A DNA stretch of 64,000 nt from NCBI GenBank assembly GCA_963843145.1, contig CAWJJC010000020.1:192001-256000 (forward strand), given 5' to 3'. Origin of the DNA: an uncultured delta proteobacterium. Lineage in GTDB: Bacteria > Desulfobacterota > RBG-13-43-22. The notes beneath the pieces are model-generated. The model was not told where the DNA came from and did not search any database. It saw only the letters and a list, made by a program, of their open reading frames with translations. The number at the start of each line of letters is the position of its first letter. Within the stretch, counting starts at the first letter, position 1. The position numbers and the translations under genes are program-made. This document shows, one piece after another, positions 1-10,046 of this stretch.

Positions 1-374
1 TAGCGGCGGATGCCGTGCCCGCCGGCCACGGTCAGGTCCTGGAGCAGGCAGTGGCCCCCTTCGTCGCAAACCGGGCAGTCATGGGGGTGATTCATCATCA
101 GCCACTCGATCACCTGGCGGCGAAAATCGACCGCCTCCGCATCGGTGGTGGAGACCACCATTCCCTCCCCGGCTTCCACCATGCAGCTCATTTTCACCCC
201 TTTGACCGGGCCTTCCAGAAATTTCACGGCACACATCCGGCAGGCCCCCAGCGATCCCAGGGCCGGATGATAACAGAAGCGGGGGATGACGATGCCCAGC
301 GCTTCAGCCGCTTCAATGACCTTGGTCCCTGCAGGGACCTCGATCTCCAGATTATCGATGATCAATTGGGGCAT
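1..374 (-). CDS. nuoG: NADH:quinone oxidoreductase subunit G, N-terminal part (runs off window edge)
   Basis: Manual translation from ATG 374: MPQLIIDNLEIEVPAGTKVIEAAEALGIVIPRFCYHPALGSLGACRMCAV...HPHDCPVCDEGGHCLLQD (2Fe-2S and HxxxCxxCxxxxxC motifs); follows nuoF. Not in ORF track. Confidence 0.93.
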   Translation of the reverse strand, partial: MPQLIIDNLEIEVPAGTKVIEAAEALGIVIPRFCYHPALGSLGACRMCAVKFLEGPVKGVKMSCMVEAGEGMVVSTTDAEAVDFRRQVIEWLMMNHPHDCPVCDEGGHCLLQDLTVAGGHGIRR

Positions 375-406
375 TTTCAGTTATACCCTTAAAACATTTT
401 GATTTT

Positions 407-525
407 TTCGCCCTTTTGAGTAGGTGACCACAACCTTTAACCTGAAATCATTCCTTCGTGGCCGCCGGGTCTCAGCGAAAGGGTTTTCCAAAGGTACTCC
501 GGACCCCGAATCCGGGCCTAACTTG
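407..525 (+). repeat. Dispersed intergenic repeat, copy A
   Basis: TTCGCCCTTTTGAG...GGCCGCCGGGTCTCAGCGAAAGGGTTTTCCAAAGGTACTCCGGAC matches copies at 14096, 44395, 49957 and partly 60936. Confidence 0.8.
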
Positions 526-650
526 TTAATTTTATTTAGAGCAGACCCAAACTCAGAGGCTTTTGATGCCTCCCAGTCTTGCCCTGCCTCCTGAAAGATT
601 TGAAAACATGGGGGCCGGGTTAGAACTTAAAAAGGCCCGCCTAGGCGGGC

Positions 651-682
651 TGGAAAACCCTTTCGCTGAGACCCGGCGGCCA
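651..682 (-). repeat. Dispersed repeat copy B; perfect 32-bp inverted repeat of 459-490
   Basis: TGGAAAACCCTTTCGCTGAGACCCGGCGGCCA is the exact reverse complement of 459-490. Confidence 0.9.
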
Positions 683-736
683 TACAAGATAAGTCGGAGT
701 ACTTGCCCAAAAGGGCTAACCGTCGCATTTAGTGAC

Positions 737-2038
737 TCAGGTGGAAAAACCTGTAGCCCGCTCCGTTTTAAAAGGACATTTTTTTTGGGAAATGTGTTCG
801 TGTATTTCCTCGACAAAGTCATCCACCAGTCCCCTGACCGGCGTCGCCGCGCCGGGGGCAAAAGCGCAGTAGGCGTTGGACAGGTGTTCGCACATCTCCC
901 GCAGTCTGGGAATAAAGGCTTCCTTTCCTTCCCCTGCTTCAATACGCCGGAGCAAATCCGCCATGTAAGGCAGTCCTTCGCGGCAAGGGGTACAAAAGCC
1001 GCAGGATTCCCGGGCAAAAAATTGAATCAGGTTCAAGGTGGCGCCCACCAGGCAGGTCTTCTGATCGAAGACTACGATGGCCCCGGTTCCCAAACGATGC
1101 CCCGGACCTATCTTTTTAAAGGAATCAAAATCCATGGGAATATCGTAAAATCCTTTAGGCACAAACCGGGTCGAGGCCCCCCCCGGCAAACAGGTCTTGT
1201 ATTCGGATCCGGATTGCAATCCGCCGGCCTGCACTTCGATAATTTCAGATAAAGGGGTCCCGAAAGGCAGCTCAAAACAACCGGGACGTTTGACCCGCCC
1301 GCTGACGGAGTAGATCTTGTTGCCGGCGCAGGTCTTGCTCCGGGACAAGTTCCGAAACCACTCGGGGCCGTTCTTCAAGATAAAGGGCACGTAGGCCAGC
1401 GTTTCGGCATTGTTGACTATGGTAGGCCGACCCCAGAGTCCTTCCGAGGTGAGGTGACCTTCTATATTGGGATGCGGTCTTTTCCCTTCCAGGGCGTGAA
1501 CCAGGCCTTTGGTCTCCCCGCAGATGTACCGGCCCGCGCTCCGATGGACAGCCACCTGCAGGGAATGCCCGCTCCCCAGGATGTTCCGGCCCAAAAAGCC
1601 CGCCGCCGCGGCCTCCTCCAATGCCGTCTCGAATATCCCGGCCGCGCTTTCATAGGAAGGCCGGATAAAGAAGAAGCCCTTCTCCGCCGAAACGGCATAG
1701 GAAGCAATGATCAGCCCTTCGAGGATACTATGGGGATTGGCCGCTACCAGCGTTCTATCCTTGAAAGTTCCGGGCTCCATTTCGTCCGTGTTGGAGACGA
1801 TAACCCTCGGAAAAAGCGCGTCCTCGGCCACCAAAGACCACTTGCGTCCGGTGGGGAAACCCGCCCCGCCGCGGCCCTGAAGACCGGAATTGAGGACAAT
1901 CTGTTTGACCTCCTGGGGAGTATGCTTCCCGAGGACGTCCGCCAAAGCCTGGTAACCGCCGCTCTCCCGGTAGGCCGCCAGTCCAAGCGATTGACCGGGC
2001 TGAACATTTTTCAAGAGCACCCGTTCCGAGCTACCCAT
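737..2038 (-). CDS. nuoF: Complex I flavoprotein subunit F with altered nucleotide-binding motif
   Basis: SGLQGRGGAGFPTG, NTDEMEPGTFKDR, RYICGETKG, ESCGFCTPCREG; start reassigned to ATG 2038, overlapping the nuoE stop. Confidence 0.95.
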   Translation of the reverse strand: MGSSERVLLKNVQPGQSLGLAAYRESGGYQALADVLGKHTPQEVKQIVLNSGLQGRGGAGFPTGRKWSLVAEDALFPRVIVSNTDEMEPGTFKDRTLVAANPHSILEGLIIASYAVSAEKGFFFIRPSYESAAGIFETALEEAAAAGFLGRNILGSGHSLQVAVHRSAGRYICGETKGLVHALEGKRPHPNIEGHLTSEGLWGRPTIVNNAETLAYVPFILKNGPEWFRNLSRSKTCAGNKIYSVSGRVKRPGCFELPFGTPLSEIIEVQAGGLQSGSEYKTCLPGGASTRFVPKGFYDIPMDFDSFKKIGPGHRLGTGAIVVFDQKTCLVGATLNLIQFFARESCGFCTPCREGLPYMADLLRRIEAGEGKEAFIPRLREMCEHLSNAYCAFAPGAATPVRGLVDDFVEEIHEHISQKKCPFKTERATGFST

Positions 2039-2532
2039 TAGCGATCCGATACCGGAATCTCTTGCCCGGTTTTCAGTTTTTCCAGAATCTGATCGATGCG
2101 CTCGGGGGTCAGCGGACCGTAAGGCACCCCGTTGACCAGCATGGCCGGCGCGTGATCGCAATACCCGATACAGGCCGAAGGCAGAATGGTGAACAGCTTG
2201 TCGGGAGTGATTTCCCCCACCCGGACGCCCAACTTCCGGCAAAGGTAGGCCACGACCGATTCCTCCCCAAACATCCAGCAGACGACTCCGTCACAGGCGT
2301 GAATGACGAATTTCCCCACCGGCTCCCGGTAGATGAAATCGTAGAAAGTGGCGATTTCCTCCAGTTCCAGGGGGGTCAGGCCCAGGAGATCCGCCCCTTC
2401 CTGAAGGGCCTCATCACTGAGATAGCCGCACTCTTTCTGCAGGGCGAACATCACCTCCACAGCCAGCTCCCGGGGATGATCGGTCTCGGCCATCTTTTGC
2501 CGGAGTAACTCCAAGTTCTCGCTGGACAGCAT
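2038..2532 (-). CDS. nuoE: Complex I subunit E (2Fe-2S)
   Basis: ATFYD, CDGVVC, CIGYCDHAPAM motifs; start at ATG 2532. Confidence 0.95.
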   Translation of the reverse strand: MLSSENLELLRQKMAETDHPRELAVEVMFALQKECGYLSDEALQEGADLLGLTPLELEEIATFYDFIYREPVGKFVIHACDGVVCWMFGEESVVAYLCRKLGVRVGEITPDKLFTILPSACIGYCDHAPAMLVNGVPYGPLTPERIDQILEKLKTGQEIPVSDR

Positions 2533-2542
2533 CCCCGGCCCC

Positions 2543-4999
2543 CTAACGATCGATATCCGGCATGATATAGTCAATGGAGCCGATAATGGCCAGCAGGTCG
2601 GACAACAGGCCGCCGCGAGCCATCAAAGGCATGGCCTGCATGTTGGCAAACCCGGGGGTCCGGATCCGCATCCGGTAGGCCCGAGGCAGACCGTCACTGA
2701 CCACGTAGTAGCCCTGTTCCCCGCGGGGGGCCTCCACCGCGGCATAGGCCTCCCCGCGGGGGATTTTCGGCCCCCGGGTGACATTGACAAAATGATGAAT
2801 AAGGCTTTCAATATCCCTCAGGGTATCGGTTTTCCGAGGAACGGTGTAGCGGTAGTCCTCACTGCCATACCGGCCGGCCGGCATCCTCCGGACGGCCTGT
2901 TCGATGATCCGCAGGCTCTGGCGCAGTTCCTCGACCCGCACCCGGTAACGGGCGTAGCAGTCCCCTTCCCTGGCCGTGGGAATATCAAAATCAAAATGCT
3001 CATAGGAGGAATAGGGGAATTGCTTGCGCAAATCCCAATCGAGGCCGCAGGCCCGCAGGTTGGGACCGGTCACCCCCCAATCCATGGCCTCCTCCAGGGA
3101 CAAGGGCCCGACGCCGCGGGTTCGGGCCTCAAAAATAGGGTTCCGGGTAGCCAGGGCTTCATACTCTTTGATCCGCTCCGGGAAAATCTTCAGGAAGGCC
3201 TCAATCGGTTCTTTCCAGCCCTGCGGCAAGTCGTCAGCCACCCCCCCGATTCGGAACCAGGAGGGATGGAGCCGACCTCCGGTGATCAGCTCGATAATAT
3301 CCATAACCTTTTCGCGGTCCCGAAAGGTGTAAAAAACCGGACCAATGGCGCCCACGTCCTGCAGGAAGGTGCCGAACCAGACCAGGTGATTGCTCAGTCG
3401 AAAAAATTCACCAAGCAGCACCCGGATGTATTGCGCCCGTTCCGGGACCTGGATCCCGGTTAGAATTTCAACCGAATTCAAGTAAGCCAGGTTATTGTAC
3501 ACCCCGGAAAGATAATCCACCCGGTCGGTGTAGGGGATGAATTGATGCCAGGACTGGTGCTCGCCGATTTTTTCCACCGAACGGTGGTGATAGCCGATGT
3601 CCAGGTCGATAGCGGAAATCCTTTCGCCCTCCAGGGAAAGGATGAAACGTATCAGGCCGTGAGAGCCCGGGTGATGAGGACCCAGGTTCAGGATCATTTC
3701 CCGGCCCTCTTCCCCGGCTTGGCGGACGAGGATGCCGGCGTCCAGAGGCTGGTATTTTTCGGCCTCGGCCCTGGTGTAGGGGGCCATCTCGGTGGCCCGG
3801 CCCGGATAATCCTTTCGTAAGGGATGGCCTTCCCAGTCGTGGGGGAGGAGAATCCGGCGCAGATCCGGATGTCCTTGAAAGCGGATTCCGAAGAGGTCAA
3901 AGACTTCCCGCTCGTACCAGTTGGCCGAGGGCCAGATATCGGTGATGGTCGGGGTTACCGGGTTTTTATCGGCTAGAGGAACCTTGAGACGAAGACGCCC
4001 GGCCGGTTCGAAGGACAGTAAATGATAAACCAGCGTATACGCCGGGTATTCTTGGGGGTCCGGACGGGGAGGCTTATCCCGGACTATTTCTTTCCCCACC
4101 GTGCCGTCTTCGATCTCGAAATTCCCCTGGCCCCGTCGGGCCGATTCATCCACAGCAGTCAGATCATCCAGGCGTAGGAACCTGGGACGGGATTCGGTCT
4201 TCAGGAAACGGAGGACCTCTTTAATCCGGTCCCCGGCGACCTCAAAGGTGGCCATATCCGAGGTTTGGGGAGTCTGGTTGAGGGCCTCGCCGAACTTTTC
4301 CTTTAGCACCGCGGCCAAGGAGCGGTCCCGGTCCGTCAGTTCTATTCTGCGGGGCGGCGGCGTCCACATCAGGTCGGAGCGGCTATCCCAAAATCGAGGA
4401 GGGGTGACGGAGGTGCCTCGGACAGGCAGGCCTTCATAGCCCGGCCCCCGGGTATCCCTGGATTTTGTCTGCCCATCGACCAGCACGGGTTTTTGAGACC
4501 CTTGAGTCCCTCCGGGCAGATGGAAAATCGAACGACTCGGCCTTTCCGACCCGATCTTCTTTTGCAGCAGCAGCAATCCCTGCAAGACGGCCTCCGGCCG
4601 AGGCGGGCAACCCGGAATATAGACATCTACGGGCAAAATTTGATCAATGCCCTGGACCACGCTATAGCCATCATACATCCCGCCGCAGTTGCTGCAGGAG
4701 CCCATGGAGATCACCCATTTCGGTTCAGGCATCTGCTCATAAAACCGCAGGATCGCCGGCGCCACTTTTTTAAAAATGGTCCCCGAGGTGATCAGGAGAT
4801 CGGACTGGCGGGGGGAACCGCGCAGGACCTCGGCCCCAAAACGGGCCATATCATAGCGGGGGGTCAGGGCCGTCGACTCCTCGATGAAGCAGCAGGAAAG
4901 TCCAAAAAAGGCGGGCCAGAGGGAATACTTCCGCGACCAGTTGACCAGCAGGTCCAAGCGGTCCAGCGCTTTATTTTTGAGCTGATCGAAGGGTTTCAA
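2543..4999 (-). CDS. nuoBCD: Fused complex I subunits B/C/D
   Basis: NuoB ([21 protein letters not shown]), NuoC ([23 protein letters not shown]) and NuoD ([19 protein letters not shown]-terminal DIDR) in one 818-aa ORF. Confidence 0.95.
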   Translation of the reverse strand: MKPFDQLKNKALDRLDLLVNWSRKYSLWPAFFGLSCCFIEESTALTPRYDMARFGAEVLRGSPRQSDLLITSGTIFKKVAPAILRFYEQMPEPKWVISMGSCSNCGGMYDGYSVVQGIDQILPVDVYIPGCPPRPEAVLQGLLLLQKKIGSERPSRSIFHLPGGTQGSQKPVLVDGQTKSRDTRGPGYEGLPVRGTSVTPPRFWDSRSDLMWTPPPRRIELTDRDRSLAAVLKEKFGEALNQTPQTSDMATFEVAGDRIKEVLRFLKTESRPRFLRLDDLTAVDESARRGQGNFEIEDGTVGKEIVRDKPPRPDPQEYPAYTLVYHLLSFEPAGRLRLKVPLADKNPVTPTITDIWPSANWYEREVFDLFGIRFQGHPDLRRILLPHDWEGHPLRKDYPGRATEMAPYTRAEAEKYQPLDAGILVRQAGEEGREMILNLGPHHPGSHGLIRFILSLEGERISAIDLDIGYHHRSVEKIGEHQSWHQFIPYTDRVDYLSGVYNNLAYLNSVEILTGIQVPERAQYIRVLLGEFFRLSNHLVWFGTFLQDVGAIGPVFYTFRDREKVMDIIELITGGRLHPSWFRIGGVADDLPQGWKEPIEAFLKIFPERIKEYEALATRNPIFEARTRGVGPLSLEEAMDWGVTGPNLRACGLDWDLRKQFPYSSYEHFDFDIPTAREGDCYARYRVRVEELRQSLRIIEQAVRRMPAGRYGSEDYRYTVPRKTDTLRDIESLIHHFVNVTRGPKIPRGEAYAAVEAPRGEQGYYVVSDGLPRAYRMRIRTPGFANMQAMPLMARGGLLSDLLAIIGSIDYIMPDIDR

Positions 5000-5405
5000 G
5001 GCCCGCTACCCACTCCAATCCCCGTTTCTTCCAAATATAATAAAGGCCGGCCAGCAGGAGCACAATGAAACCGGAAATCTGGAGCCAGCCGGACCAGCCC
5101 AGCTCCAGGATGGCCACGGCCCAGGCGAAAATAAAGACCGCCTCGACATCGAAAATAAGGAAAAAAACGGCCACCCGGTAAAAAGGAACGGGATAGGCGA
5201 GCCGCGCCGGTCCGCTGGGGATCAGCCCGCATTCAAAGGGCAGCTCTTTATTCGCGTTGGTTTTCTTTTCTCCCAGCCAGGAAGCAAGAAAAAGAAGGAG
5301 GACCACCAAGGCCAGGATCATCAGGCCGTAAAGAAAAAGGGCCGCGAAACCCGGTTCCCAGGGGGTTAACGTACCGGCAGTGTCTAAAGGCTGCATCGTT
5401 ATCAT
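4971..5405 (-). CDS. nuoA: Complex I subunit A
   Basis: PFECG and [11 protein letters not shown] motifs, 3 TM segments; ATG 5405 overlaps the tal stop (ATGA). Confidence 0.93.
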   Translation of the reverse strand: MITMQPLDTAGTLTPWEPGFAALFLYGLMILALVVLLLFLASWLGEKKTNANKELPFECGLIPSGPARLAYPVPFYRVAVFFLIFDVEAVFIFAWAVAILELGWSGWLQISGFIVLLLAGLYYIWKKRGLEWVAGLETLRSAQK

Positions 5406-6268
5406 TTCAGCAACAAAGAGTTCCAATCCTTGGAAAAACCGTTCATCCCCTTGATCGTCAGCTCATGGCTCAGATCAAATTCCTGCCAGGGTCGACTGAG
5501 GTCGATCTCCCGATAAGGGATCGCTTTTAAGCCCCCGGCAGCGTAATCAACCCCCGCCTCGGGAAGGGGAAGTCCCTGGTCGCCCCATTCCTTCAAGATG
5601 GCCGCGGGTGCGGTGATGATATCCGATCCCAGCTTCAAGGCATAAAGCAGATGATCTCTGGTTCTGACGCTGGCGCTCAGAACTTCCACATGGCCGTCTC
5701 CCGGCCCATACATCTGGAGAATGTGGGCGATCAGGTCCATTCCGTTTTCTCCCCGATCATCCAAACGGCCGATGAAGGGCGAGACGAAGACCTCCCCCTT
5801 CTTGGCCCCCCGGGTGGCCGCGTAAACGGCGGCCGCCTGCTCCTGGGAAAAACAGAGGGTCATATTGACCCGCAGCCCTTTTTGGACGGCCCCTTCGGCG
5901 GCCGTCAGCCCTTCCCGGGAAGTGGGAAATTTGATGTGGGCGTTGGGGATCCAGGAAAACATTTCCTGGCCCTGGACCAACATCCTTTCCGCCGGGGTGG
6001 CCGGGTCGGCATAGACTTCAATGGAGACGGACCCCTGAGGAATCAGCCTGGAGATCTCTCCGACCACCTGCCGGTAGAAGTCCAGGATCTCTCTTTCGCT
6101 GAACTTCCCCCCCTGGTCCAAATGCCGGCGCGCTTCCGGGTTTTTGGAGATGAGCGTCGGATTGGTCGTCTGACCGTCGAGGAATCCCAAACGACTGATG
6201 ATTTCCCTGGTTTCCTCCGGATTTCCCCCGTCGAGGAATATACGGCTCTTCAGCTTCTCCGGTCTCAT
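5402..6268 (-). CDS. tal: Transaldolase
   Basis: IFLDG, TTNPTLI, IKFP, VNMTLCFS, SPFIGRLDD motifs. Confidence 0.9.
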   Translation of the reverse strand: MRPEKLKSRIFLDGGNPEETREIISRLGFLDGQTTNPTLISKNPEARRHLDQGGKFSEREILDFYRQVVGEISRLIPQGSVSIEVYADPATPAERMLVQGQEMFSWIPNAHIKFPTSREGLTAAEGAVQKGLRVNMTLCFSQEQAAAVYAATRGAKKGEVFVSPFIGRLDDRGENGMDLIAHILQMYGPGDGHVEVLSASVRTRDHLLYALKLGSDIITAPAAILKEWGDQGLPLPEAGVDYAAGGLKAIPYREIDLSRPWQEFDLSHELTIKGMNGFSKDWNSLLLK

Positions 6269-6309
6269 AAAAACTCCTTTACTTTTTCCTGGGTTATTTT
6301 CAAACTGGA

Positions 6310-7866
6310 CTATTTTTCCTTTCCCTCCCCGACCTCACAACGCTGCAGGGCCTCATGGTAATGATGCAGATTGGGCATCAGCCAACTGCGGCCATCCCGG
6401 GCGATTAAATGTTCGGCGGACTCCGGCCCCCAGGTGCCGACCTGATAATTGGGAAAATTTGCGGGTACCACCTCTTCCCAGGCTTCCAAAATAGGCGTAA
6501 TAACATTCCAGGCCGCTTCCGCCTGATCCGCGCGCATGAAGAGCGTGGCATTGCCCAGCATGACATCCAGAAGCAAGGTTTCGTAGGCCTCCGGAGAGGA
6601 GACCTTAAAGGCCTCCTGATAATAAAACTCCATATCCACCGGGCTCAGACGCAAGGCCTGACCCGGGTGTTTGGCCTGAAGGCGAAGCAGAATGCCTTCC
6701 AGCGGCTGGATGGAAATAAGCAGGCGATTCGGCCGCCAATCTAAAACTGTCGAGGAAGGGAAGATCTGATGGGGGACCGGCCGAAACTGGATATTGATCT
6801 CCGAAACCTTGGCCGGCAGGCGTTTTCCGGTACGTAAATAAAAGGGAACATCCTGCCAGCGCCAGTTGTCCACAAAGAGTTTGAGGGCGGCATAGGTCTC
6901 GGTCGAGGATTCGGGAGAGACGTTCACTTCGCCGCGATAACCGGGGACGTGTTCTCCCTCGATCCAGCCGGCTTCGTACTGGCCGCGGGCGGCAAATTTG
7001 TGTATCTCATCGATCGGAATAGGCCGGATGGCATGGAGGACATCCACCTTTTTATTCCGGATTTCATTGTCGTCAAAGGAGATCATGGGTTCCATGGCCA
7101 TCAGGCAGAGGACCTGGATAAGGTGATTCTGGATCATGTCGCGGAGCGCCCCGGCCTGTTCATAGTAATGGCCGCGCTGTCCGACTCCTACCTGCTCCGC
7201 CACGGTAATCTGCACATGATCAATGTAGCGTCGGCTCCAAATGGGCTCAAAGAGGGCATTAGCAAACCGGAAGGCCAGGATATTTTGGACGGTCTCCTTC
7301 CCCAGATAATGGTCAATGCGGTAAATCTGGGATTCGTCAAAGATCCGCGTCAGAAGCTTATTCAAAGATTTGGCCGAGGCCAGGTCCCGGCCGAAAGGTT
7401 TTTCGATCACAATCCGGGTTCGCTCCCGTTCCAGGGGGATCCGGGCCTTGCCCAACTGCTCCACCACGGTCTCAATGGCTTGCGGCGGCACGGCCAGATA
7501 AAGGATACGGACGGCCTTGACGCCCCATTCCTTATCCAGGGTGGAAAATTGTTTAGCCAGTTGGGAATAAATCGGGGGGGCGTCGAATTCGGCGTCCTGG
7601 AAGGTCAGGTGAGCGGCAAAGGCCTTCCATTTCCGGCCATCGGTTTCCTTTCGCCGGGAGAACTGGATCACCCCCTGACGTAACTGTTCAATCAACGCCT
7701 TGTCGCCCTGGGATTTGTGGCCCAGGCCGATAACCAGGAATTTTTCAGGCAACCACTGATCCAGAAAGAGATCATAGAGGGCCGGAATCAGCTTGCGCCG
7801 GGCCAGGTCGCCGCCCATGCCGAAGATAACAAAGACCGTCGATTGGGGATGGAGTTCAGCCGACAA
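6310..7866 (-). CDS. zwf: Glucose-6-phosphate 1-dehydrogenase
   Basis: GMGGDLARRK, EKPFG, RIDHYLGKETVQN, RWQDVPFYLRTGKR; TTG start with AAGGAG RBS. Confidence 0.97.
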   Translation of the reverse strand: MSAELHPQSTVFVIFGMGGDLARRKLIPALYDLFLDQWLPEKFLVIGLGHKSQGDKALIEQLRQGVIQFSRRKETDGRKWKAFAAHLTFQDAEFDAPPIYSQLAKQFSTLDKEWGVKAVRILYLAVPPQAIETVVEQLGKARIPLERERTRIVIEKPFGRDLASAKSLNKLLTRIFDESQIYRIDHYLGKETVQNILAFRFANALFEPIWSRRYIDHVQITVAEQVGVGQRGHYYEQAGALRDMIQNHLIQVLCLMAMEPMISFDDNEIRNKKVDVLHAIRPIPIDEIHKFAARGQYEAGWIEGEHVPGYRGEVNVSPESSTETYAALKLFVDNWRWQDVPFYLRTGKRLPAKVSEINIQFRPVPHQIFPSSTVLDWRPNRLLISIQPLEGILLRLQAKHPGQALRLSPVDMEFYYQEAFKVSSPEAYETLLLDVMLGNATLFMRADQAEAAWNVITPILEAWEEVVPANFPNYQVGTWGPESAEHLIARDGRSWLMPNLHHYHEALQRCEVGEGKEK

Positions 7867-7875
7867 GGGGTCTCC

Positions 7876-9295
7876 TTATTCCGTGGTCCATTGGGTGTGG
7901 AAGATGCCCGGTCCATCAACCCGTTCATAGGTGTGGGCCCCGAAGTAATCCCGCTGGGCCTGAATGAGATTGGCCGGTAACCAGGGACTGCGAAGGCCGT
8001 CATAATAGGCCAGTGAGGCCATCAGACCAGGTACGGGGATTCCCAGCTCAACGGCGGTCGTTATCACCGTTCGCAAGGCATCCTGGCAGGGCTTCATCCG
8101 TTCGGCCAGATCAGGATCCAGGAGGGGATGGATCAAGTCCGGTTGAACCCGGTAGGCGGCCAGTATTTTTTCCAATAGAAAAGCCCGAATGATACAGCCG
8201 CCGCTCCAGATACGAACCACTTCCCCCAGATCCAAACCATAGTGATAGGTCCGGGAGGCCTTTCGGAGCAGGGTCAGACCCTGACCATAGGTCAGAATCA
8301 ACCCCCCATAAAGGGCTTCGCCGAGTTGGGCGATAAATCCTTCCCGCTTCCCCTGAAAAGGGAGGATACTCCTCTCCCGGCATCCGGCTGACGGCTTGCC
8401 TTTCCTGTTTACAACCGGACAGGTCCCGCATGACCACAGCCAGATCGATGGTGGGCACCGGTACCTGCAATTCCAGGGCATTCACGGAAGTCCACATTCC
8501 GGTCCCTTTTTGCCCGGCCTGATCCAGAATCTTATCGATCAAGCGGCCTCCGCTCTTCTCATCCTCCTGACGAAAGATCCGGGCGGTAATCTCGATTAAG
8601 TAGGCCTGGAGCTCGGTCTGATTCCAACGGTCGAAAATCAAAGACAAGGCATCGTTGTTCAAACCCAGTCCCTGTTTGAGAAGCTGGTAGGTCTCGGCGA
8701 TCAATTGCATGAAGCCGTATTCAATCCCGTTATGGACCATTTTAACATAGTGGCCGGCCGAACCGGGGCCCAGGTGGGCAACACAGGGGATATCCTTCAC
8801 CTTGGCGGCGATGGCCTCGAGGATCGGACGCACCCGTTCATAGGCTTGCGGAGTCCCGCCGGGCATCAGACTGGGACCGTAGCGGGCGCCTAACCCTCCT
8901 CCGGATATACCCAGTCCCAGATAAAGAAAACCCTTTCCGGCCAGTTCCCGCTCTCGACGATCGGTATCGCTGAAAAAGGAATTGCCGCCATCAATAATCA
9001 AGTCGTTTGGTTCCAGAAGGGGTAGAAGCTCCTGGATCAGCTCGTCCACCGGCCGGCCCGCGGAGATCAGCATCAGGACGGCCCGGGGTTTACGCAGGCG
9101 GCCCATGAATTCAGACAGGCTGTAGCCGGTTCCGATGGACCGCCCGGCGCCCTCCGTCTCCATAAATTCCTTTGTTTTTTCAGCCGTCCGGTTGTAGACC
9201 GCGATGGGAATTCCCTGGTCGGCAATATTTAGGGCCAGATTACGCCCCATCTCACCCAGACCAATCAGACCGATCTCATATTGATGTTCGCTCAT
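7876..9295 (-). CDS. gnd: 6-phosphogluconate dehydrogenase (long form), split by a +1 frameshift near 8356-8380
   Basis: GLGEMG, YNRT, IDGGNS, KMVHNGIEYG, QKGTG in ORF 8111..9313; WSGGCIIRA and QAQRDYFGAHTYER in ORF 7876..8481; frames can be joined at CCC TTT T CAG. Confidence 0.9.
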
Positions 9296-9455
9296 GTTTG
9301 CTCGCCTTTTCAAATAGCTACCTCAAAGGTTCCCCTTTCAGCCCCCATTTGACCAAGCGGGCCGGAGGGGATATATCAACAATATAACACCACGGTCTTC
9401 TTAATCCAAAGTTTTTTTATTCATCTAAGAGGGGATTCTTAGGAAGAACAATTAT

Positions 9456-10031
9456 TCATCCGCCATCCCTCAAATCGGTTCGCTTTCCGTCCGACGCCGG
9501 ATAAGTAATTTTATACCCCTGGACCTGGGCCCAGGCAGTGAGCAGGTGTTCCCGAGATTCGTCCGCTTTGAAAAGATGAGTCACCGGAATTCCCCGCACC
9601 AAAAGGGCATCGGCGATAAGTGACCTATGGCAGCGCCAGGGCAGAGTTTCCGCGCAGAGGAGGGTCAGGGTATGTTGGGAAGCCATTTCGATAAGGTCGT
9701 TTAGGTTTGACTCAAATTCATCCGTCTGCAGGTAATCGGCAAAGCCTCGGAAAGAGGCATTGCGCCAGCCCGTATTCGAGGAATCGGGACGTGCCTTCCT
9801 TAAGCCTCCCAGACCGGGCTTATGGAGATACCCGATCCCTTGTGAGCGCAGACTGTCCGGCAGCGTTTCCTGGTTGAATTGGGGATTGTGTCTCGACCGC
9901 GGGATGGTCCGAACATCAACCACCAGATCAATACTAAAGGATTGAAGAATGGCCATAAACAGCTCAAGAGGTCTGGTTCCATGCCCCAGGGTGAAAATCC
10001 GAGAGGCCTTCGAGCGAACTTTGCCGGGCAT
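9456..10031 (-). CDS. DUF488 family protein
   Basis: IFTLGHGTR, DVRTIPRSRHNPQFN, CAETLPWRCHRSLIAD motifs. Confidence 0.85.
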   Translation of the reverse strand: MPGKVRSKASRIFTLGHGTRPLELFMAILQSFSIDLVVDVRTIPRSRHNPQFNQETLPDSLRSQGIGYLHKPGLGGLRKARPDSSNTGWRNASFRGFADYLQTDEFESNLNDLIEMASQHTLTLLCAETLPWRCHRSLIADALLVRGIPVTHLFKADESREHLLTAWAQVQGYKITYPASDGKRTDLRDGG

Positions 10032-10046
10032 GGCGCTTACAACCTT

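Noticed and set aside
407-682. CRISPR array or attC cassette interpretation of the repeats
   Set aside because: Copies are dispersed, not regularly spaced; no cas or integron integrase gene.
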